A DNA stretch of 64,000 bases from Vulcanimicrobiota bacterium (GCA_003135555.1 PLCF01000085.1:64001-128000), one strand, 5' to 3'; shown: positions 45,934 through 56,852, numbered from the stretch's first letter. The notes: generated by a model from the sequence alone, not told the origin. Program-made: numbers and translations.

Positions 45934-47490
45934 ATGCCCCGAGCTATTCGAGCCGAGCCGAAGCTGGAGCACGCCGTCACGGCGTTCGAGCAAGGCCGTT
46001 ATGAAGAGGCCCGAGAGGTCGCGTCCCGATTAGCGGCGCGTCCAGGCGCGGTCGCGCTCGATGCGACGTTGCTAGCGGCGCGCGTCGACCTACGGCTGGG
46101 TGACGTCGCGGCGGTGATCGAGCGGCTCGAACCGCTGGCTCGCCGCTTGCCGCCCGACGTGACGGCGCAGACGTTGCTCGGTATCGCATTGTTCCGGCAG
46201 GGTGAGGAGTCGAGGGGTGCGCTTATGATCGAAAACGCGCATGCGGGCGCGCGCGATGCCGTGGGGCGATCCGAGGCCGCTTACTACCGCGCCTGGGCCG
46301 CCTACGCGCAGCGCCGGCTCGACGACGCCGAACGCTGGATCGCCGAATCGCTCGACGACGCGCAGGGCGTCGTGTACGCACGCGGGCTCGCGCTGAGCGC
46401 GTGGGTGGTCGAGGCGCGTGGTGACTATCCCGGCGCGGCCCGCGCATTTCGGCTCGCGCTGGCCGCACTGCGCAGCGGCACCGAACGCGACGACGAGCTC
46501 GTCGCGCGCATCCTGCACATGCTTGCGGTGTTCGCAGCCGAGCTTCCCGACGCGTCGCTCGCGGCGTACTTTCGGACCCAGCAGCACGGGTTCGCGTGGC
46601 CGCCCAGCCGGGTCGACGACGCCTTTAACGCGCAGCTGCACTCGGGTTTGGCCTTCGTCAACGACGGCGACGCCGACGCCGCATTCGATGCGTTCGACGC
46701 GGCCGAAGGCGTCGCGGCGGAGCGCTCCGTGCTCGCCGCGCAGGCGCGGCTGGAGACGGCCGAGCTGTTTCGCGTGCTGGGCGAAGCGACCGCAGCGCGC
46801 CGCGCGATGCGTGCGGCGTCGCAGATGTTGCGCGCCGTCGCCTGGAACGAGGCCGGCATCGCGGAACACATGGGGCTGCTCGAGGCGACCTGCGTCGCGG
46901 CGCGCTTGGATCCGATGACGGCGTCGGAGTGGCTCGTTCGCTACGCGGCGCTCCCCAAGAACGATGTGAGTTGGCATGCGCTCACGGGCGACATGCGGGT
47001 CGCGGCGACCGAGCTGCACGCGCGGGGGATCGTCGAAGCCGCTTTGGGCCGCAAGAACGGCGTGGCGCGGCTGCATGAAGCATTCGCGCTGTGGCAGCGG
47101 CTCGGATACCGCCGGCGCGCCGCCTATGCCGCCGCCGATCTGGCCGCCGCCGGAGACACCGCGAGCGGGGATCGGATTGCCTCGCTGCTGGAAAAAGCGC
47201 CGCATCATCCGCTGCTCGCGCAGCGCCACGGCGGGGCCTCCGGCCTGCCGCACTCCGCGTCGGCCGCGCCGCGCGCGAACGCCTCGGCGGCGGAACGAAA
47301 GGTTCTCGAGGCGCTATGCGCGGGCTGGTCGGTTCGTCAGATGGCGCAGGAATGGGACCGCAGCGAGTTCACGATCCGTAACCACCTCAAACGCTTGTTC
47401 GCGAAGTACGGTGTGCGCAGCTCCGCGGCGCTGGTGGCCAAGGCGATGAGCGGCGGCGCCGCGGCACCGCCGCTGGAGCGCGTGCCCTAG
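45934..47490 (+). CDS. TPR-like repeat regulator with C-terminal LuxR HTH
   Basis: Helical TPR-like repeats (AFEQGRYEEA, LLGIALFRQG, ARGDYPGAARAF); SAAERKVLEALCAGWSVRQMAQEWDRSEFTIRNHLKRLFAKYGVRS; no Walker A or receiver domain. Confidence 0.88.
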   Translation: MPRAIRAEPKLEHAVTAFEQGRYEEAREVASRLAARPGAVALDATLLAARVDLRLGDVAAVIERLEPLARRLPPDVTAQTLLGIALFRQGEESRGALMIENAHAGARDAVGRSEAAYYRAWAAYAQRRLDDAERWIAESLDDAQGVVYARGLALSAWVVEARGDYPGAARAFRLALAALRSGTERDDELVARILHMLAVFAAELPDASLAAYFRTQQHGFAWPPSRVDDAFNAQLHSGLAFVNDGDADAAFDAFDAAEGVAAERSVLAAQARLETAELFRVLGEATAARRAMRAASQMLRAVAWNEAGIAEHMGLLEATCVAARLDPMTASEWLVRYAALPKNDVSWHALTGDMRVAATELHARGIVEAALGRKNGVARLHEAFALWQRLGYRRRAAYAAADLAAAGDTASGDRIASLLEKAPHHPLLAQRHGGASGLPHSASAAPRANASAAERKVLEALCAGWSVRQMAQEWDRSEFTIRNHLKRLFAKYGVRSSAALVAKAMSGGAAAPPLERVP

Positions 47491-47501
47491 CCCTGTCGAG
47501 G

Positions 47502-48317
47502 TCAGGGGAGGTTCGCGACGATCCCTTCGATCATGCGAGCTACGTTCTCCGCGCTGCGCGCGGACGCTTCGAGAACCTCCTCGTGCGAGGTCGCCGCCCC
47601 GCTGCCGTGGACGTTGGTGATGAGCGAGAAGCCGACGACGTCGCGCCCCAACGCACGGGCGGCGATCGTTTCGAGGACCGTCGACATACCGACCGCGTCG
47701 GCGCCGATCGTGCGCAGGTAGCGCGCCTCGGCCGGAGTCTCGTAGGCCGGCCCGACGAGTCCGGCATACACCCCCTCGCGCAACGTGATCGCGTACTCCG
47801 CCGCCATGTGGCGGGCCAGCTCGCGCAGGCGCGGCGCGTACGCGTCGACCATGTCGACGAAGCGTGCGTTCGCGCCCGTCAGTAGCTCCGGGCCGATCAG
47901 CGGGCTGGTACCGGTGAGGTTGAGCTGATCGGCGAGCAGCATCAAGTCGCCCGTCTGGTAGTCGGGATTGACGCCGCCCGCGGCGTTGGTCAGGACGAAC
48001 GTGTGCGCGCCTGCGTGCGCCGCCGCCACCACGGGATAGACGACGTCGTCGGTGTCGCGCCCCTCGTAGAGGTGAAAGCGGCCGCTGAACGCGACGATGC
48101 GGCGCCCGTGCAAGACGCCGATGTGCGCTTCACCGGCGTGGCCCGCGACGCGCGCCTCCGGCATCCCGGCGATCTTCTTGTACGGGACCGTGATGCCGCC
48201 GAGCCGCTCGCTCAACACCGCACCCAGCCCCGAACCCAGGACGATCGCGCAATCCAGCTCGCCGCCCGCTTTGTCGCGCAGGTACTCGGCCGCGATTTCG
48301 AGTCGCTTGCGTTTCAT
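47502..48317 (-). CDS. punA: purine-nucleoside phosphorylase
   Basis: IVLGSGLG, VAGHAG, GRFHLYEG, TNAAGG, GPAYETPAE, GADAVGMSTV. Confidence 0.93.
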   Translation of the reverse strand: MKRKRLEIAAEYLRDKAGGELDCAIVLGSGLGAVLSERLGGITVPYKKIAGMPEARVAGHAGEAHIGVLHGRRIVAFSGRFHLYEGRDTDDVVYPVVAAAHAGAHTFVLTNAAGGVNPDYQTGDLMLLADQLNLTGTSPLIGPELLTGANARFVDMVDAYAPRLRELARHMAAEYAITLREGVYAGLVGPAYETPAEARYLRTIGADAVGMSTVLETIAARALGRDVVGFSLITNVHGSGAATSHEEVLEASARSAENVARMIEGIVANLP

Positions 48318-49876
48318 GGCCGCGCGTCCTGTGCGTGTGGCGGCATGCCGGGCACGAGCAAGTTGGTCCCGGTCATCTCGTGCGGCACCGCCAGGCCGAG
48401 CAGTGGTAACAGCGTGGGGGCGAGGTCGCCCAGCTTCCCTGCGGCGCCCAACGTGCCCAATGGTTGCGCGCAGATCAACACCAGCGGCACGGGATTGGTC
48501 GTGTGCGCGGTGAGCGGTTTGCTGTCGGCATCGAGCTTTTCCTCAGCGTTGCCGTGGTCCGACGTGAGCACCAGGATCCCGCCCGCCTTGATCACGGCCT
48601 GCTCCAGGCGGCCCAATGCGACGTCGAGCGTCTCGAGCGCGGAGATCGTGGCGTCCCAGACGCCGGTGTGCCCGACCATGTCGGCGTTGGCGTAGTTCAT
48701 GACGATCACGTCGTGGCGGTGGTGCGCGACGTCTTCGACCGCCGCCGTGGTGATGTCGGATGCCGACATCTCCGGCGCGAGGTCGTACGTCGCGACGCTG
48801 CGGTTCGAAGGGATCAAGATGCGGTCTTCGCCCGGGAACACGTCCTCGCGGCCGCCGTTGAAAAAATAGGTCACGTGCGCGTACTTCTCGGTTTCCGCGA
48901 GCCGCAGCTGCGTCAGCCCCGCGTCGGAGACGATCTCGCCGAAGACGTGGTACTGCGGCCGCGGTCCGAACAGCACCGGGTTGGGAAAGTTCTCCTCGTA
49001 ACGCGTCATGGTTGCGAACACGAGGTCGGCGTAGCGGCGCGCCGGGAAGTGGTCGAAGGCCGGATCGCTGAACGCCAGGGTGAGCTGGCGTGCGCGGTCC
49101 GGGCGGTAGTTGAAGAAGATGCACGCGTCGCCGTCCCGCACCGAGCGCGCGTCGCCGACGATCGTGGGCACCACGAACTCGTCGGTCTCGCCGCGTGCGT
49201 ACGCCGCCGCCAGCGCCTCGCGCCACGTTGCAAAGCGATGCGGCGATTCGTCACCGGCGAGCGCATCGTAGGCCTTGCGCGTGCGCTCCCAGCGCTTGTC
49301 GCGATCCATCGCGTAGTAGCGCCCGCTCAGCGTCGCGATCGCGTCGCCGCGGCCGTGCTGGGTCAACCGGCGCTCGAGCCGCTCGAGGTATGCTTGCGCG
49401 GAGCTGGGCGGGGTGTCGCGGCCGTCCAGGAACGCATCGATCGCCAGCCTGACGCCGGCACCGCACGCCGCGTCGACGAGCGCTTCGACGTGATCGAGCG
49501 AGCTGTGGACCTTCCCGTCCGAGACCAGACCCATCAGGTGCAGCGTCCCGCCCGTCTTGCCGACGTGCTCCAGACACGCGTGCAGCGTCGGGTTCGCCGC
49601 GAACCTGCCGCCGGCGATCTCCTCGTCGATCACCACGACGCCTTGCGGAACGACCCGTCCGCTACCGATGTTGATGTGGCCGACCTCGCTGTTGCCCATC
49701 ACCCCCGCGGGGAGTCCGACCGCCTCGCCGCTGGCCTCGAGCAGCGTGTTCGGATAGCTGGCCAAGATGCGGTTCCAGTTCGGCAGGTCGGCGGCGAGGA
49801 TCGCGTTGCCGTGCACGGTGGTCGTTGTTCCCCAGCCGTCGAGGATCGCCAAGACGAACGGCGGGCGCCCTTTCAC
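48314..49876 (-). CDS. gpmI: 2,3-bisphosphoglycerate-independent phosphoglycerate mutase
   Basis: [49 protein letters not shown]. Confidence 0.97.
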   Translation of the reverse strand: MKGRPPFVLAILDGWGTTTTVHGNAILAADLPNWNRILASYPNTLLEASGEAVGLPAGVMGNSEVGHINIGSGRVVPQGVVVIDEEIAGGRFAANPTLHACLEHVGKTGGTLHLMGLVSDGKVHSSLDHVEALVDAACGAGVRLAIDAFLDGRDTPPSSAQAYLERLERRLTQHGRGDAIATLSGRYYAMDRDKRWERTRKAYDALAGDESPHRFATWREALAAAYARGETDEFVVPTIVGDARSVRDGDACIFFNYRPDRARQLTLAFSDPAFDHFPARRYADLVFATMTRYEENFPNPVLFGPRPQYHVFGEIVSDAGLTQLRLAETEKYAHVTYFFNGGREDVFPGEDRILIPSNRSVATYDLAPEMSASDITTAAVEDVAHHRHDVIVMNYANADMVGHTGVWDATISALETLDVALGRLEQAVIKAGGILVLTSDHGNAEEKLDADSKPLTAHTTNPVPLVLICAQPLGTLGAAGKLGDLAPTLLPLLGLAVPHEMTGTNLLVPGMPPHAQDARP

Positions 49877-50643
49877 GCTGCAACGCCTTTGCGCGCGCCG
49901 TCGAGCAGCGCCGCGAACGACGCCGGCTCGAGGCTGGCACCCCCGACGAGCCCGCCGTCGATGTTGGGTTGCGCAACGAACGCCGCCACGTTCTCGGGCC
50001 TGACGCTCCCGCCGTACAGCACGCGCACCTGCGCAAGCCCGGGGACGGCGGTGCGGATCTCGCCCATGATCTCGTCGGCCTCCTCGGGGGTATCGGCGAT
50101 CCCGGTCCCGATCGCCCAGATCGGCTCGTAGGCCACGACGCAGCGCGCGACGTCGTCGCGCGGCATGCCCTCGAAGGCGGCGCGCACTTGCGCGACGACT
50201 TTATCGCGCGCACCTCCGGCCGCGTGTTCCTGCGCGGTCTCGCCGACGGCGACGATCGGCGTGATGCCGTATGCGAGTGCCGCGCGCGCCTTCTCGTTGA
50301 CGCGATAGTCGAGCTCACCGAAGAGATGCCGCCGCTCGGAGTGCCCGATGACGACCCACGTCACGCCGCACTCGACGAGCATCGGCGGCGCGATCTCGCC
50401 GGTGAACGCGCCTTCCTCGGCCCAGCCCACGTTTTGCGCTCCGAGACCGATCCCCGACCCCGCGAGCAGCTCGCCCGCCGCACACAGCGCGGTGAAGGGC
50501 GGACAGATCACCGCATCCACCTCGCCCAGCGGGAGGTCGAGCGCGCGCAGCTGCTCGATAAAGGCGCGCGTCTGCGCGATCGTCTTGTGCATCTTCCAGT
50601 TGCCCGCGATAAGCGGTTTGCGTGGGGCTTGCAACGAGGTCAC
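49873..50643 (-). CDS. tpiA: triose-phosphate isomerase
   Basis: [42 protein letters not shown]. Confidence 0.97.
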   Translation of the reverse strand: MTSLQAPRKPLIAGNWKMHKTIAQTRAFIEQLRALDLPLGEVDAVICPPFTALCAAGELLAGSGIGLGAQNVGWAEEGAFTGEIAPPMLVECGVTWVVIGHSERRHLFGELDYRVNEKARAALAYGITPIVAVGETAQEHAAGGARDKVVAQVRAAFEGMPRDDVARCVVAYEPIWAIGTGIADTPEEADEIMGEIRTAVPGLAQVRVLYGGSVRPENVAAFVAQPNIDGGLVGGASLEPASFAALLDGARKGVAA

Positions 50644-51821
50644 CGTTCCAGTGCCGCGATACCGGGGAGGGTCTTGCCTTCGAGGAACTCCAGCGTGGCG
50701 CCGCCGCCGGTCGAGACGTGCGTCATCGCATCGGCGAAACCCAACAGGTGCGCTGCGGCGGCGGCATCGCCGCCCCCGACCACGCTGAACGCACCGCGGC
50801 GGGTCGCCTCGGCGATCGCCGCTCCCACCACGCGCGTCCCCTCGCGGTAGGGCGCCTTCTCGTAGACGCCCATCGGGCCGTTGAAGACGATCGTCTTGGC
50901 GCCGCGCAGTACCTCCGCATACGCCCGGGCGGTCTGCGGGCCGATGTCGAGGATCATCGCCGCGCCGACGGCGTCCAGCGCGACCGTGCGCGCCGTGTCG
51001 TCGGCGTCGAAGGCATCGGCGACGACCGCATCGGTGGGAAGGTGGAGCGCGACGCCCTGGGCGACCGACATCGCGATGATCCGTTGCGCCGGGGTGAGGT
51101 CGGGATCGCGCAGCGACGCGCCGACCTCGATGCCTTGCGCGGCGAGAAATGTATTGGCCATCCCGCCGCCGATCACGAACGCATCGACTTTCGCTACGAG
51201 GTGCTCGAACACGCCGACCTTGTCGACGACTTTGGCACCGCCGATCGCGCATACGAACGGACGCGCCGGCGCGTCGACGAGGCGCGCGAGTGCCGCCAGC
51301 TCGGCTTCCATCAAGAACCCCGCGTATGCCGGGAGCATGGCGGCCACGCCGGCCGTCGACGCGTGCGCGCGGTGGGCCGTGCCGAACGCGTCGTTGACGT
51401 AGAGGTCTCCCGAGCGCGCCAGTTCGCGGGAGAAGCCGGGATCGTTGGCCTCTTCCTCGGCATGGAAGCGCACGTTCTCGAACACGGCAAAACCGCCGTC
51501 GGGGAGGCTGCGCGACGCGGCGACCGCTGCGTCGCCCACGCAATCCTCGACGAAACGGACCGGCGTTGCGAGCAGCTCGGCGAGCCGCGCGGCGATCGGG
51601 CGCAGCGAGTACGCCGGATCGGGCCCGCCGTCGGGGCGGCCCAAGTGGGACAGGATCACCGTCTTTGCGCCCTGCTCGTGCAGCCACCGTAGCGTCGGCA
51701 ACGCGGCGGTGATGCGGGTCTCGTCGGCGATCGCGCCGGCCTTCATCGGCACGTTGAGGTCCTCGCGCAAGAGCACGCGCCGGCCGCGCACCTCGGCCTC
51801 CCGCAGCGTCTTAAAGCGCAT
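50640..51821 (-). CDS. pgk: phosphoglycerate kinase
   Basis: [42 protein letters not shown]. Confidence 0.97.
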   Translation of the reverse strand: MRFKTLREAEVRGRRVLLREDLNVPMKAGAIADETRITAALPTLRWLHEQGAKTVILSHLGRPDGGPDPAYSLRPIAARLAELLATPVRFVEDCVGDAAVAASRSLPDGGFAVFENVRFHAEEEANDPGFSRELARSGDLYVNDAFGTAHRAHASTAGVAAMLPAYAGFLMEAELAALARLVDAPARPFVCAIGGAKVVDKVGVFEHLVAKVDAFVIGGGMANTFLAAQGIEVGASLRDPDLTPAQRIIAMSVAQGVALHLPTDAVVADAFDADDTARTVALDAVGAAMILDIGPQTARAYAEVLRGAKTIVFNGPMGVYEKAPYREGTRVVGAAIAEATRRGAFSVVGGGDAAAAAHLLGFADAMTHVSTGGGATLEFLEGKTLPGIAALER

Positions 51822-52591
51822 CAGGCCGAGCCTTCGACGGGGGCGCCGCGATCCCACGGCGCCGCGAGCACCGCGTACGGCGTGCGGGTCGGCGGACCGC
51901 CGGCGAACAGCAGCACCGGCGGTCGCGCGGGCTCGCGCGGCACCGCGAGCAGCGCGCTGCAGACAGTCCCGAAATCGCCGGCGGGCGCGATGGTCATGGC
52001 GCGGTGCGGGTCGGCGTCGTCGTCGTTCCGCAGAATCTCGGTCCAGCTCGCCCACGCGCCCGCCGCCGGATCGGGCGGCGTCGCGGCGCAAAACGCGGCG
52101 AAGTGGGCGGCGTACCGGGGGGCGGTCGGGACGTCGCAACCCTCGGGCGTGATGATGTGGTGGCCCGGTGCGAGCGCATCGACCCGGATGCGGCGCTCGT
52201 CGCTGCTCAACGCGAACGCTTCGCCGCGATCGGCGACGAGCAGCGTGAAGCCGCGATAGCGTTCGGGCGGGAGCGTACCGAGCGCCGCGGCCGCGCTGCG
52301 CGCGTCGCGCGCGCCCAACGCGCGCACGACCAACTCGCCCCGCGTCGCCTTGCCGTGGAGCGGCCCCAGCCGGTAGGGTCCGTTCACGATCGTCGCCACG
52401 ACGCCGTCATCGTTTACCCCGAACCAACTCCCGCCGCCGAGCGCGTCGCGACCCGCAACGATCCCCGGAGCTTCGTCCCAATACCGGCCCGGCGGGTCGA
52501 AGACACGGTCGAGCCGCTCGTCGCGGTTCGCGCCGAGGATCAGCGGCCACGCGCCGTCCGCCGGACGCAGTAGCAACAGCACCGTGCACAT
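51821..52591 (-). CDS. NRDE/TANGO2 family protein
   Basis: N-terminal MC, ANRDE, GRDALGGGSWFGVN, TRGELV, FGTV. Confidence 0.9.
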   Translation of the reverse strand: MCTVLLLLRPADGAWPLILGANRDERLDRVFDPPGRYWDEAPGIVAGRDALGGGSWFGVNDDGVVATIVNGPYRLGPLHGKATRGELVVRALGARDARSAAAALGTLPPERYRGFTLLVADRGEAFALSSDERRIRVDALAPGHHIITPEGCDVPTAPRYAAHFAAFCAATPPDPAAGAWASWTEILRNDDDADPHRAMTIAPAGDFGTVCSALLAVPREPARPPVLLFAGGPPTRTPYAVLAAPWDRGAPVEGSA

Positions 52592-52620
52592 CGCTCAGCC
52601 GCCGAAACGGTTCGCGGAGC

Positions 52621-54648
52621 TCATCGGAAGTGTCGGGCGATGTAGTCGATCCAGGTGGTGTAGACGTCCGCGGTGCGCACGGGGTCGCGCGGAAAGTGGC
52701 CGTCGATCGGCCAGGCGATGAAGCTCACGTCCTTGCCGTTGTCGCGCAGCGCGCGGAAGTACATCGATGAGGTCGCGAAGGGATCGCGATTGTCGCCCAC
52801 GTCGGAGAGGATGAGCAGCGGCGTGGTTACGTCCTTGACGTAGCTCAGCGCCGAGGCGCGATCGTACTCGGCCTTGTTGTTGCCGACGAACGGCGAGCCG
52901 TGAAAGAGCGCCTTGTCCGCATCCAGGTCGTCGGCGGTCCCGTAGTCCGTCGTCCAGTCGTTGACCGATGCGCCCGATACCGCGGCGCGCCACAGGTGAT
53001 ACTTGGAGATCATCCAGGCCGTCATGATCCCGCCGTAGCTCCAGCCGGATACGGCGATGCGGTGCTCGTCGACGATGCCGCGCGCGCGCACGGCGTCGAC
53101 CGCCGCCATGATGTCCTTGCCGGGGCCGGCCTCGGGGTCGTAGCGCACGCCGCGCTGATAGGCCAGGCCAAGGTTGTCGCTGCCGCGGTAATTCGGTTCG
53201 AGCACGAGCCAGCCGCGGGCCGCCATCAGTTGGCCGAGCCGGTCGAACGAGCGCGTGGAGGCCGAGGTCGGCCCGCCGTGGATCAGCAGGACCAGCGGGT
53301 ACTTCGTGCCCGGCGTGAAGCCCGGCGGCGTGAGCAGCACGGCGTCGCCCAGCGGCCCCAGCGAGGTCACAAAGGTGAAGCGCTCCGATGCCGCGAGGTC
53401 GAGCCCCGCGATCGCGGTGTTGTAGTCCGTCACCTTCACCGGCGCGGCGCCCGCCGCGCGGTAGTAGAGCTCGGCCGGTTGTTTGGTGCTCGTCGCGACG
53501 AACACCATCGAGCCGTCGCGCGCGATGGCACCGTCGAGCGGCGAGGCGATGTTCAACTCGCCGACGTCGAGGCGGACCGGCGGCCCCGAGAGCGGAGCGC
53601 GGACGATCGCGGTCGCCGTCGCGTCGTGGCAGGTGAAGACGATCCCGCTCGAATCCGGCAGCCAGGCCAGGTCGTGGACCGCGCGGTCGTAGGCGCGCGA
53701 CAGGTCGTCGCCGGCGCCGCCCTCGCGCGTGGTGACGTAGGCTGCGGTCAGCGTGATCTGGTTGTCGTCGGTCGAGTGCAGGTACGCGACGTGCTTGCCG
53801 TCCGGTGCGACGTGCGGATCCGACTCGTAGCCCGTATGGGGCGTCAAACGACTGAGCTTGCCGCTCGCCACGTCGACCAGCTCGACGTGCGCGCGGTCAG
53901 CGTCGTTGAGCACGGCATTGGGCGCGAGCAGGAACGCGAGCGACGTTCCGTCGGCCGACCACGACAGCGACGACTGCGCCTCACCGGTGGCGACGCTGGC
54001 GCCGCCGAACGTGAGCTGCTTCGCCGCAGCGTCGCCGCTCGTCGCAATCACGAACAGATGGACCGGGCGCGGCGGCTTGCGCGTCGTGATCGGCGTGTTC
54101 CCGACTGCAAACGCGTCGTGAAACCGTGCGGCGCCCTTGTTCTTGGGCAGCGCGTCGCTCGCGGCGTAGGCGATCGCGGCGCCGTCGGGACGCCATGCGA
54201 ATTGGTCGACGCCTTCGGGGGCTTTGGTCAACGGTCGCGGGTCGCCGCCGTCCATCGGCATGACGAACACCTGCGCTTTGGCTTGGTCGCCGGCGCCCGT
54301 AGCCTGTGCTGAGTCTGTCGAAGCATCGGCGATGAAGGCGAGCTTCGTGCCGTCGGGCGACCAGCGCGGCTCGCCCAGGCCCTTGCGATGATAGGTGAGC
54401 GTGCGGCGCGCGTGCGTCGCGAGGTCGACGACGTCGAGATCGCGGTCGTAGCGGTCGTCGTTCCAATCGATGCGGCTCACGACCACCACGGCGCGCTTGC
54501 CGTCGGGCGAGATCGCCGGCGACGAGACGGCGACGATCCGGCGCAGGTCGTCGAGCTGCAGCGGGCGCGCGGCTGCGGGCGCGCCGGCGCACATCGTCGC
54601 CGCGACGGCGGCGGCGCCGGCGGCGAGGAGCGAGCGGGGGAGCTTCAC
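52621..54648 (-). CDS. secreted S9 family peptidase (beta-propeller plus alpha/beta hydrolase)
   Basis: SPDG repeats, IHGGP, NYRGS, GWSYGG nucleophile; signal peptide. Confidence 0.92.
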   Translation of the reverse strand: MKLPRSLLAAGAAAVAATMCAGAPAAARPLQLDDLRRIVAVSSPAISPDGKRAVVVVSRIDWNDDRYDRDLDVVDLATHARRTLTYHRKGLGEPRWSPDGTKLAFIADASTDSAQATGAGDQAKAQVFVMPMDGGDPRPLTKAPEGVDQFAWRPDGAAIAYAASDALPKNKGAARFHDAFAVGNTPITTRKPPRPVHLFVIATSGDAAAKQLTFGGASVATGEAQSSLSWSADGTSLAFLLAPNAVLNDADRAHVELVDVASGKLSRLTPHTGYESDPHVAPDGKHVAYLHSTDDNQITLTAAYVTTREGGAGDDLSRAYDRAVHDLAWLPDSSGIVFTCHDATATAIVRAPLSGPPVRLDVGELNIASPLDGAIARDGSMVFVATSTKQPAELYYRAAGAAPVKVTDYNTAIAGLDLAASERFTFVTSLGPLGDAVLLTPPGFTPGTKYPLVLLIHGGPTSASTRSFDRLGQLMAARGWLVLEPNYRGSDNLGLAYQRGVRYDPEAGPGKDIMAAVDAVRARGIVDEHRIAVSGWSYGGIMTAWMISKYHLWRAAVSGASVNDWTTDYGTADDLDADKALFHGSPFVGNNKAEYDRASALSYVKDVTTPLLILSDVGDNRDPFATSSMYFRALRDNGKDVSFIAWPIDGHFPRDPVRTADVYTTWIDYIARHFR

Positions 54649-55661
54649 GCGACCGAAGACGGAATCTTGGAGGCGATCATCCGCGCCAGATCGGCGAGGC
54701 GGCACGAATAGCCCCACTCGTTGTCGTACCAAGCGGCGATCTGGATCAGGTCGCCGTTGGCGTTGGTGAGCTTGCCGTCGATGATCGAGCTGTGCGGGTT
54801 CTGCTTGAAGTCGCTCGAGACGAGCTCTTCGTCGGTGTACTCGACGTAGTCTTTGAGTCCGTTCTCCGCCGCACCGCGCAGGATCGCGTTGAGCTCGTCA
54901 CGCGTCGTGGGCTTCGCCGTCTGGACGACGAGGTACACCATCGACACCGTCGGCGTGGGGACGCGCAACGCGAACCCGTCGAAGGTGCCCTTGACCTCGG
55001 GGATCGTGAGGAAAAGCGCTTTCGCCGCGCCGGTCGAGGTCGGGATGATGTTGGTCGCCGCGTTGCGCGCACGGCGCCGATCCTTGTGCGGCGCGTCGAG
55101 GATGTTCTGGTCGTTCGTGTACGAGTGGATCGTGCACATGAAGCCCTTGACCCAGCCCAGCGTATCGACGATCGGCTTGACCGCCGTCGCCAGGCAATTG
55201 GTGGTGCACGACGCGTTGGAGATGATGTCGTGCTTGGCCGGATCGTAGGCTGCGTCGTTCACGCCGAGCACCAGGGTGACGTCCTCGCCCGTGGCCGGCG
55301 CCGAGATGATGACTTTCTTCGCGCCGCCGCCGTCGATGTGCGCGCGCGCCTTGGCGGCGTCGGTGAAGATTCCGGTCGACTCGACGACGACTTCGACGCC
55401 GAGGTCTTTCCACGGCAGCTTGCCCGGATCGCGCTCGGCCAGCACCTTGATCGTCCGGCCGTCGATGACGATCGCATCGAGGCCGGCGGTGACGTCGCCC
55501 GCGTAGCTCCCGTAGTTCGAATCGTACTTGAAGAGGTGCGCGCACTCGGCGGCGCTGGTTAGGTCGTTTACCGCGGCGATCTCGACCTCGGGATAGCGCT
55601 CCAAGAGCGCCTTGGTGAAATTGCGGCCGATCCGGCCGAACCCGTTGATACCGATGCGCAT
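54645..55661 (-). CDS. gap: type I glyceraldehyde-3-phosphate dehydrogenase
   Basis: GINGFGRIGR, SNASCTTNCL, STGAAKA, WYDNEWGYS. Confidence 0.97.
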   Translation of the reverse strand: MRIGINGFGRIGRNFTKALLERYPEVEIAAVNDLTSAAECAHLFKYDSNYGSYAGDVTAGLDAIVIDGRTIKVLAERDPGKLPWKDLGVEVVVESTGIFTDAAKARAHIDGGGAKKVIISAPATGEDVTLVLGVNDAAYDPAKHDIISNASCTTNCLATAVKPIVDTLGWVKGFMCTIHSYTNDQNILDAPHKDRRRARNAATNIIPTSTGAAKALFLTIPEVKGTFDGFALRVPTPTVSMVYLVVQTAKPTTRDELNAILRGAAENGLKDYVEYTDEELVSSDFKQNPHSSIIDGKLTNANGDLIQIAAWYDNEWGYSCRLADLARMIASKIPSSVA

Positions 55662-55673
55662 AGACCATCCGGT

Positions 55674-56573
55674 TTAGACGAGGGAAACTTCCGGCTCCTC
55701 TCGCTCGCCGCGCAAGCGCTTGACGAGGCGCATGAGCGCGGCGAGCCGGCCGTTGAGGGTAGCTTTGCTTACCGGGGGATTGCACCTACGCCCCAGCTCA
55801 GCGAGCGTCTCGTCGGCGTGCGACAAGCGCAGCTGCGCCGCCTCGCGCAATACCGGCGAGAGGTTGCGCAGACCGTAGGCGTCGGCCAGGAATTGGATCG
55901 CCTCGCGCTGCGCCGCCGCCGCCGCCGCCGCGCGCACGACGTTGGCCGCCTCGGTGTTGACCAGGCGGTGGATGCGGTTCTTGGTCTCCTTGACGGCGCG
56001 GATGTCTTCGAGGTGAAAGACCGCGCCCGAGGCCCCGATCGCGCCCAGAACGGTCACGATCGCGTCGAGACCCTTGAGGTAGAGGACGCGGCGCCCCTTG
56101 CGCATCATCCGGCGCGCCTCGATCCCTTCGGCGGCGAGGAGCGCGGCGATGCGGTCGGCGCGGCCAGCATCGGTCGTGACGAACTCGAGGTGGTACCCGT
56201 GCTGCGGCGCGGCGACCGAGCCCGTGCACAGGAACGCGGCCCGCAGTTCGGCGCGCCGCTCGTCTCGCCGCCGCGGCCGCGCCCGCGGCGCCGCCGGTAC
56301 CGGCCCCAGATCGATCTCGAAGGTGGTGGCCTTGTAGAGGCGCGCATCGTGTCCACGCCGGACCGGCGCGGCACTGCGCGCATCCTCGAAGAGCGTGCGG
56401 GCCAGACGCGCGACCGGCGGCCGGCGCGTTCGGAAGACCAGCTCGCCGCCGACGTCGATGCCGCCGTAATAGGCCAAGCCGTGGCGCAACGCATCGCGCA
56501 GCCGCTCGTCGCGCGGCACGTCACGCGCCAGCGCATCCTTGGCGTCCGAAGAGAGTCTCGAGCGTTGCGGCAT
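55674..56573 (-). CDS. whiA: DNA-binding protein WhiA
   Basis: LRAAFLCTGSV..P..GYHLEF, LYLKG, RLVNTEAAN, SKATLNGR. Confidence 0.9.
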   Translation of the reverse strand: MPQRSRLSSDAKDALARDVPRDERLRDALRHGLAYYGGIDVGGELVFRTRRPPVARLARTLFEDARSAAPVRRGHDARLYKATTFEIDLGPVPAAPRARPRRRDERRAELRAAFLCTGSVAAPQHGYHLEFVTTDAGRADRIAALLAAEGIEARRMMRKGRRVLYLKGLDAIVTVLGAIGASGAVFHLEDIRAVKETKNRIHRLVNTEAANVVRAAAAAAAQREAIQFLADAYGLRNLSPVLREAAQLRLSHADETLAELGRRCNPPVSKATLNGRLAALMRLVKRLRGEREEPEVSLV

Positions 56574-56852
56574 TTAGCGCAGCCAGGCGACGGGATCGTC
56601 CTTGCGCTCGTCGACGATCTCGTACAGGTCGGCGGGTTTGAGCGACGGCAGCACGCGCTCGGGCACCAGCAGCACGCGCACGGTCAGAAACTTCGTGCGG
56701 TAGTGGATCAGCAGCACGTTGCCCGCCTTGACCTCATAGCCCGGCTTGAGCGAACGCCCATCCTTGGTGATCCGCCCCGCCTCGATGCCGTCCTTGGCCT
56801 CCGCGCGGCGCTTCGCCAGGCGCGAGACCTTCATGAACTTATCCAAGCGCAA
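56574..56852 (-). CDS. S4 domain RNA-binding protein (RqcP/YabO/Hsp15-like)
   Basis: RLDKFMKVSRLAKRRAEAK...KPGYEVKAG; TTG start. Confidence 0.88.
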   Translation of the reverse strand: MRLDKFMKVSRLAKRRAEAKDGIEAGRITKDGRSLKPGYEVKAGNVLLIHYRTKFLTVRVLLVPERVLPSLKPADLYEIVDERKDDPVAWLR

